Positions 37,612 to 48,253 of a stretch of 64,000 bases of DNA are shown here, in pieces. The notes below the pieces were generated by a model. That model saw nothing but the letters and a program-made list of their open reading frames with translations. It did no database searches and was not told the origin of the DNA. Made by a program: the position numbers and the translations under genes. Each line of letters opens with the position of its first letter. The stretch's first letter is position 1. The stretch comes from Candidatus Algichlamydia australiensis (GTDB lineage Bacteria; Chlamydiota; Chlamydiia; Chlamydiales; JAJFMI01), in the NCBI GenBank assembly GCA_033977065.1, contig JAXCHI010000001.1, positions 23,403 to 87,402 of the forward strand, given 5' to 3'.

Positions 37612-39579
37612 ATGGCAGAGGCAATTAGTAATAATTACTATCACAGGCAGTACTCTAATGACTTCCCCGATAAAGAGAGGAATTATTATTTTAAACAAGC
37701 TGCTCGCTGCACACAGATAGCTTTACCCTTTATTAGTCTTTATTCTCCTGCGGGGAAAGCAATTTCTCTATTTTCAGGGTCAACTCGGTTGGGTACCCAC
37801 CTCTATGAGGTCAAGAAAGCTAAAGACAAAAAAGCGTGTGCATACGAGTTGTTTCAAGTCGCTGTTTCGGTTTCAGCTCTTTTAAATTCTGTCACAAACT
37901 TCACCATCGGACTTTATATTACTACAGGTCTTGACCTTGCTACAAACGCTTGCCATATTGGGCAAGATCTTTGGGAACAAGACTATGAAAAAGCCAGGGA
38001 CGAGATGTTTCAAATGGTGGGTAGTGCCATTTATGCTGCGATGCTTGTCACAAACTCGACTAACGTTATTCTGGCTTTTTTCGTTTATCACGCGCTTCTA
38101 AACTTATGGGAAGCGAGAAAAGAGTATGAGAAAGGTCATTGTCCGGAAGCTATAGCCAAATTGGCAATGGCTATGATTCGAGCAAGCCAGGCAAACACCC
38201 TTTATAGAGAGACTTATGTAACCCACCCTTTAGAAAATCTGATCGAAAAAGTCGATCAGCAGAGATGTATTCTAATAGACCATGAGGGAAAAGAACATGA
38301 CTTTGGAAGTAATTTTCATGGTTTTGGTAAGGGTATTGTCAAAGGAATGAATTTACGGTTTAAGAAGAGAGAAGATTATTTAGAGTTAGATTTTAAAGTA
38401 AATCACGTATTTCGTAAAAAACTAGATAAAAAAATGAATTCATTAGCTCTTCTCTCAAAAAATAAGCAGAGAAAATACTTAGCTAGGCATAAATTTTCTA
38501 ATGAAAGCTTTGCCATATATGGTGCAAAAAAACCTGTATTTATGTTGGATCTGGATGGGGTTGGATCGATTCAGGTTGGGTTACCGAAGGGTCACAGAAA
38601 GTATATTACAGATAATATTGTGAAGGTCCGACTAGAAAAGGGGAAAAAATTTCAAGATCTAAAGCAACTCCTTTCCTTGCTTGATATCCAAGATGTGCTT
38701 GCGAAGTCCTCATATGAAGACATTAAGAGAATGAAAATTGGAAAAATTTTTCGGCATTACTGTCCTAAAAAAGCAACTCTTTTAGAGAGGAAAAAAAGGT
38801 TTTTCTCTTTACCATTGCCAAAACTCCAAGAAGAGATTAAGAAGATTGCCCCCAATATGGAAGGAAAGCTAACAGATAAGGAGCTTGCTAAGCTAACTCC
38901 TAGAGAGATTCTTCCAGGAAGGATCCAATATGGATTTAACGATCTAGGAGATTTTTGTCAGACGCAAGGTATACTCAATCTCTCTTCAATTCAAACCAAA
39001 GCAAATAACCCAGAAGAAGCTTTTAGTGGGGTTGCATCAGTGCTTAAAATGGGCTTGTTTTCTTCAGAGATGCGCTCTTACGGCGAAATAGCAAAAAAAG
39101 GGCTGGAAGCCAATCATGACTCTGTATTTTTTCAAGCGAACCGACGCGGTGGTAAGAACCTTACCTTAGATGGGGGCTATTCAAGTTTTGGAAATATTAA
39201 CATTCTTGTTTCACACAAGGCGTTGGATATGGCTGCATACCAATTCTACGAAGATGAATTCGGGACTAGGTATGTTGCGCCAAGATCAAATTCAGGAATT
39301 TATCTTGACAGACCTTCAATTTATAGCTGGGTATATTCACTTGTAAGCCGTCCTCTCGGATATGAAGAGCACGAAGTAATGATAAAAGATAGAGTGGGAC
39401 CAGAGTTTATTATTGGTATTGAGACAAAGACTAAAAAAATAAAAGATGGCTTAGTTGACTACTTACGCAATTGCGAAATGATCCAAAGAGATGAGTTGGG
39501 AAGAGAGACTATTCACGGAAAGTTTGTGGATGAGTTTATTAAAATAGCAAAAAATAATTTTAAACAGTCTTTTAATTAA
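37612..39579 (+). CDS. Hypothetical effector-like protein with possible C-terminal ADP-ribosyltransferase-like domain
   Basis: Long ORF with hydrophobic helical N-terminus. SVLKMGLFSSEMR and HEVMIKDRVGPEFIIGI resemble DarT-like ART motifs. Confidence 0.55.
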   Translation: MAEAISNNYYHRQYSNDFPDKERNYYFKQAARCTQIALPFISLYSPAGKAISLFSGSTRLGTHLYEVKKAKDKKACAYELFQVAVSVSALLNSVTNFTIGLYITTGLDLATNACHIGQDLWEQDYEKARDEMFQMVGSAIYAAMLVTNSTNVILAFFVYHALLNLWEARKEYEKGHCPEAIAKLAMAMIRASQANTLYRETYVTHPLENLIEKVDQQRCILIDHEGKEHDFGSNFHGFGKGIVKGMNLRFKKREDYLELDFKVNHVFRKKLDKKMNSLALLSKNKQRKYLARHKFSNESFAIYGAKKPVFMLDLDGVGSIQVGLPKGHRKYITDNIVKVRLEKGKKFQDLKQLLSLLDIQDVLAKSSYEDIKRMKIGKIFRHYCPKKATLLERKKRFFSLPLPKLQEEIKKIAPNMEGKLTDKELAKLTPREILPGRIQYGFNDLGDFCQTQGILNLSSIQTKANNPEEAFSGVASVLKMGLFSSEMRSYGEIAKKGLEANHDSVFFQANRRGGKNLTLDGGYSSFGNINILVSHKALDMAAYQFYEDEFGTRYVAPRSNSGIYLDRPSIYSWVYSLVSRPLGYEEHEVMIKDRVGPEFIIGIETKTKKIKDGLVDYLRNCEMIQRDELGRETIHGKFVDEFIKIAKNNFKQSFN

Positions 39580-39701
39580 ACACACGTTTTGTTAAAACCC
39601 TAGTATTTAATGATTTAAATAAATATTATTGTTTTTTGTTTAATGTTAATATTTTTTTTGTTACAATAACTATAGCAAAAAAATCATAAACAGGAAAAGT
39701 T

Positions 39702-40679
39702 ATGGAGTCTGTTAGCTCAACTAATTCATATTCAAATTTTTATTTTGGTCCTAATAAAGTTCTCGTAAAACAGGAGCCTGAAGGAAAAATCGTTAACTAT
39801 AGAAACTTTATTCCTTCGTTATATCTCAGTGCTAAGTATGATTCGAGAAATGACACAGAAATTTTTTGGGGTTATGATTTATTTGGTGGTTCGAATAAGC
39901 TTATTGGTGTAGCGTTTGTCTTAAAAGATTTGAAAACTTTTGAAAACGAGAGATATACCGTAATACATCTTAACCCAGGTTCAATTGGTAGAGCAAAGAC
40001 AACTGAAATAGCTCGGTGTGTTGTTGCGCAAGTATCGCTACGAGTTTACGAACCATTTTTATACTGGTCTAACAAACCAACTGCAATGATCTGCTTGGCC
40101 GCTGCGCATCTGTGGAATGCTGTTTGGAACGGATCGACGGGAAGTGATGAAGAAGCCGTTGAAAGAATTGATGAAGATGCTGAAAGCGTTAGAGCAACAA
40201 ATGAGAATGCTGGTCATTCAGTAGAAAACTTAGAAGCGACAAATGAAAAACTAAGTCAATTAATAGGCTCTTTAAAAGAACGATTAGACGTGTTGACGAC
40301 CAAACTAGGTATACATAGTGATGCACTAGAGAATAACGGCGATCAGACACTAGCAGAGCAACTAGAAATGTGTCGGTCTGCTGCAGAACGCATTTTATCG
40401 AGTACTTCTGATACTTTAGAGCAGCAGTCTAGATTGCAGCAAGAGACAAGAGATGCTCGTGATCAAATTAGGGTGGCACAGGAAATAGCTAAAGAATCGC
40501 ATGAATTAGGTAATATAGCGAATAATTTCGCAGCTTATTTAAATGATCTGGATGAAACATGCCCCGGTATAGGGGAAAAGGAATATGATCACTTGTTAGG
40601 TGAGTGGGAAAAATTAGACGAATCTATTTTTTCTATTACAGATAAAGTTAAACTAATAGCAAAAAGAGGAAAAAGTTAG
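39702..40679 (+). CDS. Hypothetical coiled-coil protein
   Basis: S/T/N-rich N-terminus and a long E/Q/L heptad-rich C-terminal half. Confidence 0.6.
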   Translation: MESVSSTNSYSNFYFGPNKVLVKQEPEGKIVNYRNFIPSLYLSAKYDSRNDTEIFWGYDLFGGSNKLIGVAFVLKDLKTFENERYTVIHLNPGSIGRAKTTEIARCVVAQVSLRVYEPFLYWSNKPTAMICLAAAHLWNAVWNGSTGSDEEAVERIDEDAESVRATNENAGHSVENLEATNEKLSQLIGSLKERLDVLTTKLGIHSDALENNGDQTLAEQLEMCRSAAERILSSTSDTLEQQSRLQQETRDARDQIRVAQEIAKESHELGNIANNFAAYLNDLDETCPGIGEKEYDHLLGEWEKLDESIFSITDKVKLIAKRGKS

Positions 40680-40684
40680 TATTT

Positions 40685-41377
40685 ATGTACGCAGTAAATG
40701 GAATAAATCAAGCTTGTAAAGTTTATGAAACATTCACAAGTGAAGACTTTTTAATTAAAAGCGCATCTTTAATTTCTCGAGCAACAGCTATCATGGGAGG
40801 AATCATTGTAATAAATAGTGTCCTTTTTTCTGGAACTAGTCTTGGTTTGGGTCTATACTTTCTTCTTAACGCCGCGAGTCTCCACCTCTGTATTAGGGCG
40901 CTAGGAAGATATGCAAATGATGAAAAAATGCGGGAAGCAATCGGTGAGAGCGAGGAAAAACGCAGAGAGGCTATTGAAGAGCTTTCAAAAACTGCTTCAG
41001 AAATAGGCAGAAATGTAGAAGAAATGGGGGAGTTATCCTCTTCGGTCATGCAAAAGGTGGAGGATATAGAAAGTCTAGCTGAGCAAGTAGCTGATAGATC
41101 GGAAGTAGTAGAAGATACTCGTGAAGCGTTAGAGGGAATAGATGCTACTTTACAATCTTTCAACGCCAGAAGTGAAAGGCTCCTTCGAGAGCATGAAAAG
41201 AACTTCCAAATTTCACAAGAAGATAGCGGCTCAAAAAGCGAAGATAAGTCTATTATCAGCGATACAAAAGATGTTACAAAAAAGCTTTCTGAGGAAACGA
41301 GCAGAAAAGCAAAAAAAGAGCTAAGAAAGAAAAGGATCGAACTTAGAAATAAATTATATGGACCTCCTACTTCTTAG
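40685..41377 (+). CDS. IncA-like protein (bilobed hydrophobic domain + coiled coil)
   Basis: Hydrophobic hairpin of about 45 aa (residues about 25-70) followed by a long acidic coiled coil. Confidence 0.55.
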   Translation: MYAVNGINQACKVYETFTSEDFLIKSASLISRATAIMGGIIVINSVLFSGTSLGLGLYFLLNAASLHLCIRALGRYANDEKMREAIGESEEKRREAIEELSKTASEIGRNVEEMGELSSSVMQKVEDIESLAEQVADRSEVVEDTREALEGIDATLQSFNARSERLLREHEKNFQISQEDSGSKSEDKSIISDTKDVTKKLSEETSRKAKKELRKKRIELRNKLYGPPTS

Positions 41378-41531
41378 GCAGCATTTTTAAGTGGATGTTT
41401 CTTATTGATTTGATGCGTTTTCCTGAAATCAAAACTTTCTTCTGTGCCAGACGCTCCTTGGATTAGGAGAGGATGTAATGGCAGAATTTGTCCATGCATC
41501 TAAGCCTTTGCTTTTGGGAGATCTTCCTTTA

Positions 41532-42446
41532 CTATTCGATTTCGGCAGTGTGGCCAAACTCCAAAATATGAAGGGTTTCTTTTGTAAGGTTTTTGCCTTC
41601 CAAGTATTGTTGAATGGACTTTCTTTTTTTATAGTAACTTTCGACAATTTTATCTTCTCCCTGTTTTGAATACGAAACAAAGGAAGGAATTCGGAGATCC
41701 TGGAGGTTTAACGTGTTTTCAAAGGATTTCCTAGCTTCTGCTATTGGAGTATGAGATCTTCTTCGTTTGGCTACTTCTTTGTCTCCTTCCGATTCTAACT
41801 GGAAAGCTTTTGAGTTCTCTTCTCCAAACCCAAAAAGTAGACCCATTAGGTAGTGGTCTTTGTCCTTAAAAATTTTATCCCAAAAGCGGAACTCGCCATT
41901 TTTTAGCTCCTGAACTTTCTCAATAGTATCAAATTTTTCTCCTAGTCTTTGTTCGAAAAGAGGGTAGTGATGATTCAATAATTCGATAAGGGAGGGCTCA
42001 TGAACAAATAAGAGAGCGTTGTAAATTTGATACTTATCATTAAAGCAGTACTCAACGAAAAAATGCTCTTTTAAGGAGAAAGTATCTATCTTTTTTTTGA
42101 AAGCTTCCCATTGTTCTCTTCTAGATGTTTCCCAAGGTTTGTAATCAGAGTCCTTATGGTGAATTTTCCAGGAAGGCACTTCTATATCTTTTCTGCTTTT
42201 GTCTTTTTCTATCTCGCTTATAAGCTCATACTCAATGCAAAACTCTGTCACTGGTTTTACACCAAATAAAGTGTATAAACCAGTATAGCAAGACATTGTG
42301 CAGGTAACAAAATGGTCGACAAGTACTAGGTCCTGATTCTGATCGTTTTTAGAAAGGTGGATTTTTTCTTCTGAGTAAATGGTTCCCTGAGGAACTAGAA
42401 GTAGCACTGACAGTAAAACAATTTTAAAAAATTTATTTTTGACCAT
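41532..42446 (-). CDS. Hypothetical exported protein, GYTLxGxKP paralog family
   Basis: GLYTLFGVKP, HYLMGLLFGFGEENS, IPSF; paralog of 35509-36387. Confidence 0.7.
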   Translation of the reverse strand: MVKNKFFKIVLLSVLLLVPQGTIYSEEKIHLSKNDQNQDLVLVDHFVTCTMSCYTGLYTLFGVKPVTEFCIEYELISEIEKDKSRKDIEVPSWKIHHKDSDYKPWETSRREQWEAFKKKIDTFSLKEHFFVEYCFNDKYQIYNALLFVHEPSLIELLNHHYPLFEQRLGEKFDTIEKVQELKNGEFRFWDKIFKDKDHYLMGLLFGFGEENSKAFQLESEGDKEVAKRRRSHTPIAEARKSFENTLNLQDLRIPSFVSYSKQGEDKIVESYYKKRKSIQQYLEGKNLTKETLHILEFGHTAEIE

Positions 42447-42518
42447 AGATTGAGTTGTTGTGTTTTTGACTCGATTGTATCAATTATGCTGCCTATAAAA
42501 TAAGTCGTAATTTGAGTT

Positions 42519-44570
42519 TTAAGGCTTGTAATTAGGGCGCTTCCTTCTTTTACTTGCAACAATAAGAGCTATTGCTCCCCAAAAGAACAAGCTTATAAAT
42601 GGCTCTAAATCACTGCTCTCTTTTACTAGTTCTGTTGGCTTAAGGTTTAGCTTCCAAATTTGATGGCGCATTAGCTTGTTTGAGGCGTCCCAGTATGCTT
42701 TGATAGTATTGGGAGTCACATGGTCTTTTAGGTATTTAAGCTCATATTCAAAAAAGACTTTTTTCCCATCTGCTTCTCTACAGTGGTTAAAGAGGAATGA
42801 ATCATGGTCAAAGTGATCTGTTACTTTTGGCAAGTTATTGTCATAGGGGGTTACTACTTCAATATTCTCTTTAACCCAGAAGGGATACACTGCCAAAGGA
42901 GATTTTCTTGAAGGGTTTATGCCGTACAGGAAGTAGTTATTACTGGTAAAAGTGAACACTTTTAAGGAGTGCTTTTCATCTGTTTTTTTAACCGGGATCA
43001 AAAATTCAAGGTTTGCGCGGAAACAATTTGATAAGCGGTCGTCTTCAAACGAAGGGGAAGTACCGAGTTCAGCACTTCCATATACTTTTTGTAAATCCTC
43101 AAGGTAGTCTTTCGCATAATCCTCAGGACTAGACCATTGGGCATATCTTCTCATTCCATCTGCTCTTTTCTCAAAGAACTCTTTTTTCACTGTAAATTTT
43201 GCAGTCTCGTCATTTACTAAGCTTATTTTACTTGAGATTGTAGTAGGCTTTTTGGCTTGATACGTGGGAAGCTTGATTAATCCTGGCGAATTTTTTTGTA
43301 AGGGGAGCCCCCAGCCATAATCGGGAAAGTAGTTATCATCTAGTGATCCTCCTTGAAGGTTAATCGTAGGATCAACAAATAGACTTTTTTCCTCTGTAAG
43401 GATTTGTAAAATGACATGATCGAACGAATTTGAAAGGGGAAGTGAATCGTTTAGTCTTGTGCCTTTCTCAGAATGGACAAGTACAGGATACGATGGCACA
43501 TTCGCTATTTTCAAAAGGCTGCGTAACAATAATGTCTTATCTTTGCAGTCTCCATATCTTCTTTTTAAGGTCTCCCAGGGAGGTGATGGTTTATGAGCAT
43601 GGATCCCATCTTCAAATCCCATATATCTAATTTCATCTTGAACAAATCTAACGGCAAGTGTGATTAAATCTTTTGTTGAATGCGTTCTTACTTGCCATTT
43701 TTGTACAAGCTGCTGCATTTGAAGACTATTTTCTTGCCAGTTGTTGGGGAGCTGAAATAGTGGAGTAAAGATGTTTGCTACTTCTCTCCAGCTATTAAAT
43801 TCACTCACTTCAAGAACGCCGTACGGGTCATACCAATCAGGTTGGTAATTTTCTAGTACTGGGACTAAAGTCTTTTGTTTTTCCCATGTCCACTCTTGTA
43901 ACTGGTTAGGTAGCTTTTTAGTTTTACAAGGAGGGATCTCTATCATATGACACTTAGCAGAAAAATCATGACCTTCATATGATAAGATGCGATAAGTTTG
44001 CTTTTCTACGGATACGCCGTATTGAAAACGTATCGTTTTGGAAAGCTTGTTAGCAAATAGGGGATTTTGACCCTCTATTGTAAATGAGTATTCCAGGATG
44101 TCGCCTTTTCTAATATCTTCAAGAAAATAGGCGACTTGAGATCTCCCTTGAAAGATTCCTTGATTTAGGGCTTCTTCAGGCTGATAAATCTCTTTTCTTG
44201 AAGATCTAAGTCGGTCCTCCCATTTTCCTTCTCTAAAGATTTGAATTTTGTGAAAAACTACTTTTTGGTGGTTAGGATCGATTCCTATCTCAATTTTTGC
44301 TAAATCTCGAGCACCATGTTGAGAGGTTGCTTTTGCAATGATTTTTTTATAGAAGGCTTTTTCTACCCAGTTCTCTTGATTTTCTACTAACAGATAGTGT
44401 ACGGTTTCATGGTTTTCTGTGCGGCTGTTAGCATCAAGATCAAAAGGGGTGTTTTCTACCCAGCTGGGTGTAGGGCCGCGTAGAAAAATCCCGTCTGGAG
44501 CAATAGAGTTTGAAAGAAGCTTAACGGAAAAAATTGTAAAAAGTAAAAAATAGCGCATTTTTATATTCAA
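42519..44570 (-). CDS. DUF3857 + transglutaminase-like domain protein
   Basis: GPTPSWV N-terminus, FVQDEIRYMG, TLKRRYGDCKDK (catalytic Cys), FDHVI, FVDPT; C-terminal TM. Confidence 0.85.
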   Translation of the reverse strand: MNIKMRYFLLFTIFSVKLLSNSIAPDGIFLRGPTPSWVENTPFDLDANSRTENHETVHYLLVENQENWVEKAFYKKIIAKATSQHGARDLAKIEIGIDPNHQKVVFHKIQIFREGKWEDRLRSSRKEIYQPEEALNQGIFQGRSQVAYFLEDIRKGDILEYSFTIEGQNPLFANKLSKTIRFQYGVSVEKQTYRILSYEGHDFSAKCHMIEIPPCKTKKLPNQLQEWTWEKQKTLVPVLENYQPDWYDPYGVLEVSEFNSWREVANIFTPLFQLPNNWQENSLQMQQLVQKWQVRTHSTKDLITLAVRFVQDEIRYMGFEDGIHAHKPSPPWETLKRRYGDCKDKTLLLRSLLKIANVPSYPVLVHSEKGTRLNDSLPLSNSFDHVILQILTEEKSLFVDPTINLQGGSLDDNYFPDYGWGLPLQKNSPGLIKLPTYQAKKPTTISSKISLVNDETAKFTVKKEFFEKRADGMRRYAQWSSPEDYAKDYLEDLQKVYGSAELGTSPSFEDDRLSNCFRANLEFLIPVKKTDEKHSLKVFTFTSNNYFLYGINPSRKSPLAVYPFWVKENIEVVTPYDNNLPKVTDHFDHDSFLFNHCREADGKKVFFEYELKYLKDHVTPNTIKAYWDASNKLMRHQIWKLNLKPTELVKESSDLEPFISLFFWGAIALIVASKRRKRPNYKP

Positions 44571-44844
44571 TGTTTACATAATCATACTTCATTTATTAAG
44601 AAATTGTAAATGCATTGGGTGCCTGTATTTTTCCAAAGGTGTTGTTGCGTAAATTGTGATTAAATTGGCTGTCTAAATTTTCCGGGAAGTCATTTTTAAA
44701 CTCATTGTTTTTTAAAGTTTAATTAGACAAATTCTTTTCTAAAAAAAGCTTCTGATGAAGGAAAAGTGGTCTTAGTTTCTTCAATCAAGGCCCTCAAAGT
44801 TGATTTTGATCAAGTAGAAGCCTCTGTTAACAGTTGGACGAAAT

Positions 44845-45099
44845 TTAACTTTTTGTTGGTTTAGCTTTTTCGGGGAAAATCCAGCGATAGTAAAGCTGGT
44901 GAGCTATGTAAGCACCCAACAGAACTCCTGCTATACTAAAATACTTCAATTCAGTATCCATTTCTTCACCTAAGCAACTTTTCCCGATAAAAGTGAAAGT
45001 TCTAAATACAACGTACATGGCAATGATGCTAAATGATCTTGCAAAGAAATTATTCTCTTTCAAGAATTCTTTTAGGCTATTCATGTTTGTTCCTTGCAT
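44845..45099 (-). CDS. Small hypothetical membrane protein
   Basis: Two TM segments; overlaps the upstream ORF. Confidence 0.45.
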   Translation of the reverse strand: MQGTNMNSLKEFLKENNFFARSFSIIAMYVVFRTFTFIGKSCLGEEMDTELKYFSIAGVLLGAYIAHQLYYRWIFPEKAKPTKS

Positions 45100-45478
45100 G
45101 CAGTTGAGTAAAGTATTTAAAAGTGCTTTTCAATTCTTTAAAAATGAAAGCTTTTCCCATACCATAAGCGAAATACAATAATTGGGAGAGAAAGAGCCAC
45201 TGTGCCCAATCCTTGGTGGAGAAATAAGCGTAAGCTGTAGTAGTTAGAACACTTAGCAAAATACAAAATTCTAGTAGTTGCCTTTTTGGATAGTGAAGTA
45301 AGGTAAAATACGAAAATGCGATGAAGGTACAGGACGCGGACATATAAAGCCCTTGCTCAGGAAAAAGGAAAAAGCAAGCAACCCCTAATAAAGCAATTAA
45401 AAGCATGATACTTGCCCTACTTAATCTTAGGAGAGTCTCTTGTTTTTCATACATATGCTTGGTAAGAGGAGTGATCAA
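45077..45478 (-). CDS. Hypothetical 4-TM membrane protein
   Basis: Four hydrophobic segments. Confidence 0.5.
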   Translation of the reverse strand: MITPLTKHMYEKQETLLRLSRASIMLLIALLGVACFFLFPEQGLYMSASCTFIAFSYFTLLHYPKRQLLEFCILLSVLTTTAYAYFSTKDWAQWLFLSQLLYFAYGMGKAFIFKELKSTFKYFTQLHARNKHE

Positions 45479-45848
45479 ATTTTAACTCATGCTATCAGAA
45501 ATATGTTTTATTGCCTACTTGAGGGCAATCACATGCTAAAAACCATTTTCTTGTTTCCCATTGTTATCTTAATTATTCTAGATGAGAGCCTTATCTAAGA
45601 GGTTACATAACAAAAAGAATTCTTTTTCTCTTCTCCGCTATTATGCGAGCAGTGACACTTTTGAGGAGATGTGGAACCACATTGTTTTTTCCAAAAGCAC
45701 AGAAATTGCAAGAGGGGAGGGGAGCATTCTTATATTCATATAGAGTCTGTGCTAGGAAATGCTCCTTTCGCCGATGTGATAGCGCCTAATAGAGTTTTAA
45801 ACGTAATAGAAGCTATTCAAAAGGCTTCATCTGGGATCTCCTCATGGG

Positions 45849-46322
45849 ATGAGTGACTATAGATTAGACTGGATGCAAGATGTTGAGTCATTTATGTTTC
45901 ATACGGGACTATTAGCTCAAGACTCGCTTCTTGATTCTTCTGACAGGATGACTCTTCTTGGAAATTTTCGAGCTAAACAGGAGATGGATTCATTAAGACT
46001 AGAGACCCTTGTTCAAAATATAATGGTATTAGACCCTGAAGATTCCGTTTATGGGAGATCAAGAAAGTTGTCGAAGCTTGGCTGCCAGATAGCACCTATT
46101 GCAATTGCAGGTTATAAAATTGGAAAAAATGCGATTAATACCTCTAGAGCAGCAAAAAGTGTAGCTAAATATAGTTATCCTAATAATGTTACTGAATTTG
46201 AAAGGCATAAGGCTTTTTTTTCGAGCATCTCTTTTGTTCCGCTCATAAAGCCTGAGGCTAAGAGGGCAAAAACTAAAAGAAAAACTGTAATAAATGGGAG
46301 TACGTTCATCTGTCTCTACTGA
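45849..46322 (+). pseudogene. Probable remnant of a polymorphic-toxin pre-toxin region
   Basis: Gly/Ala-rich AIAGYKIGKNAINTSRAAK segment resembles pre-toxin linkers. Flanking frames are broken. Confidence 0.3.
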
Positions 46323-46761
46323 TTGCAGGGTGTTTTAATTAAATCTTAACACAGGACAAAGCGTTAAGCAACAAAACAAGTTATCTTTGTAAGTCATGCT
46401 TTACCAATATACTATTTATTTTTGCCTCATAAAACTGACAAATACTAATTTCATGAGGTAAGGCAAGGTTTTCGCCTTGCTAAGCTGCTCTCTAATTCCC
46501 AATTGAAGTATTCAAAAATTATTGATCTAATATATTGCTATTTGCAATATCATATAGATATGAAGAAACAACTAAAGAAAAAGAAATTTTGGGATGAGTT
46601 AGAACTTAAAAAATGTTTTTTGGTTGGGATGCAAGCCTTTAAGACGACACCAATTTGGGTTTTCTTAGTTCCAACCATTGCCCTAATAATTTTTGTGATT
46701 TTTCTATTTATAATAGCTAATGGACAATAATTATATGTCTTGTTTATTGCAAAACTTCATA

Positions 46762-48129
46762 TTATTTAGCTTTTACAATGTCAGATTCATGGATATGCAG
46801 TGTCAGGCCTCCTTTTTTAGGAAAGACAACTTCGTAAATAATATCCCCATATTCGGACTCTTCTGAAACCATCGTGAATTTAGAGCCTAAGATCTCACCA
46901 ACTCCAAACCGGCGATTCAATATATGCTCAACTTTTTCTCCAACTTCAAGCGGTTCAATCTGCTCGGCTATAGGAGCAGGAACAGGTTTGTAGATAAGAT
47001 GTTCTAAATATTGAAAGTATATTGTTTTCTGGTTAGTATGTGCATTGGGCTGACTACATTTTAAAATACAATACTCAATTGGCATCTTACCAGTATCGTC
47101 CCTCTGCTTTTTTGCTTTTTCATTCATATATCTCAATAGGACACTAATAAGCCTATGGTGTTGAGTTTGTAGGATATAGTGAAGGTAGTTCTGTCTTTTT
47201 TCGTAGACTTTATTGAGATCTTTTTCTAGCATTTTTTGGCAAATGCGATCTGCAATTTCATCAACATTGTGAGAACCATTTATTGCGTGATGAAGGGGGG
47301 TTTGGTTGTTTTTGTCAGTAGCTCCGAGTATTTCAGGTGTTGCTTTTTCAAGGAACTGCAGAAAAGTTTTTAGATCATGTACAAACTGACAAACATAGTG
47401 CATGTAGTTTTTGCCGTGTACATCTCTAACAAGAAGATAATCTAAAGAGATTTCATTTAAAATAGTTAGGTAATTGCTGCTGTTTAATATGTTTTGGTTT
47501 GCTAATCCGCCTAGAAGTGGGGTTTGACCGGCATCATTTCTGATTCCAAGGTTTTCAAGGCCAGTTTTTCCAAAGATGCTTTCAATTGTCTGTTTATCTG
47601 AAAATTTGGTTGCCAAATGGAGGGGCGTATTGCCTAGACCATCTTTTTGCAAAAGTTCATTACTACTCATTAATTCTATTAGTATTTTTGCGTTCAGGTC
47701 TTTACTCCTTAATAATTTATGTAGAACTAAGTGTCTGTGCTCTAAAAAATCTTCCGTAAATACTTTTCTTTTTGATTCTTCAATACGTTTGTAAAGTTTC
47801 CAGAAGTCTATTACAATTCTATACTCTTTTTTTATAACTTTACTCTCTACCTTAAGAGCTTTTGATATTTGTTTTTTTACATATTCCTGCATTGATTCGA
47901 TTGCATCTCGTAAAGCGTAATTAGGTTTAATATCTGAACGATCTACTTCAATTTGACAATTAGGGCATGTTTTATTTCCTTTTTGAACTATCCATACAGT
48001 AATAGTTTTTTCAGAAAAAGAGTGTCCGCATGGCAACACGACTGCTTTTTTCATCTCTTCATGCGAGATAGGGTCTTGGAAAGGTTCAAAATCTATCTGG
48101 GAGTCGCGATTAACGTCTTTTACACTCAT
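46762..48129 (-). CDS. U-box/RING + ankyrin-repeat protein (putative E3 ligase effector) with C-terminal SH3/Tudor-like domain
   Basis: FQDPISHEEMKKAVVLPCGHSF...TCPNC...PNYALRDAI (U-box); GNTPLHLA, GQTPL, NQTPLHHA (ankyrin). Confidence 0.88.
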   Translation of the reverse strand: MSVKDVNRDSQIDFEPFQDPISHEEMKKAVVLPCGHSFSEKTITVWIVQKGNKTCPNCQIEVDRSDIKPNYALRDAIESMQEYVKKQISKALKVESKVIKKEYRIVIDFWKLYKRIEESKRKVFTEDFLEHRHLVLHKLLRSKDLNAKILIELMSSNELLQKDGLGNTPLHLATKFSDKQTIESIFGKTGLENLGIRNDAGQTPLLGGLANQNILNSSNYLTILNEISLDYLLVRDVHGKNYMHYVCQFVHDLKTFLQFLEKATPEILGATDKNNQTPLHHAINGSHNVDEIADRICQKMLEKDLNKVYEKRQNYLHYILQTQHHRLISVLLRYMNEKAKKQRDDTGKMPIEYCILKCSQPNAHTNQKTIYFQYLEHLIYKPVPAPIAEQIEPLEVGEKVEHILNRRFGVGEILGSKFTMVSEESEYGDIIYEVVFPKKGGLTLHIHESDIVKAK

Positions 48130-48253
48130 GGGATCCTCACTTTTGAAACGAGACTATACTAACATAAGCTTAATAAAGTCAAACTTTTATTAAACGGGCC
48201 CACTTGGTAACAAAGGTTATTTCATCATCTTGGTTTGGAAATTGCAAGCTCTT

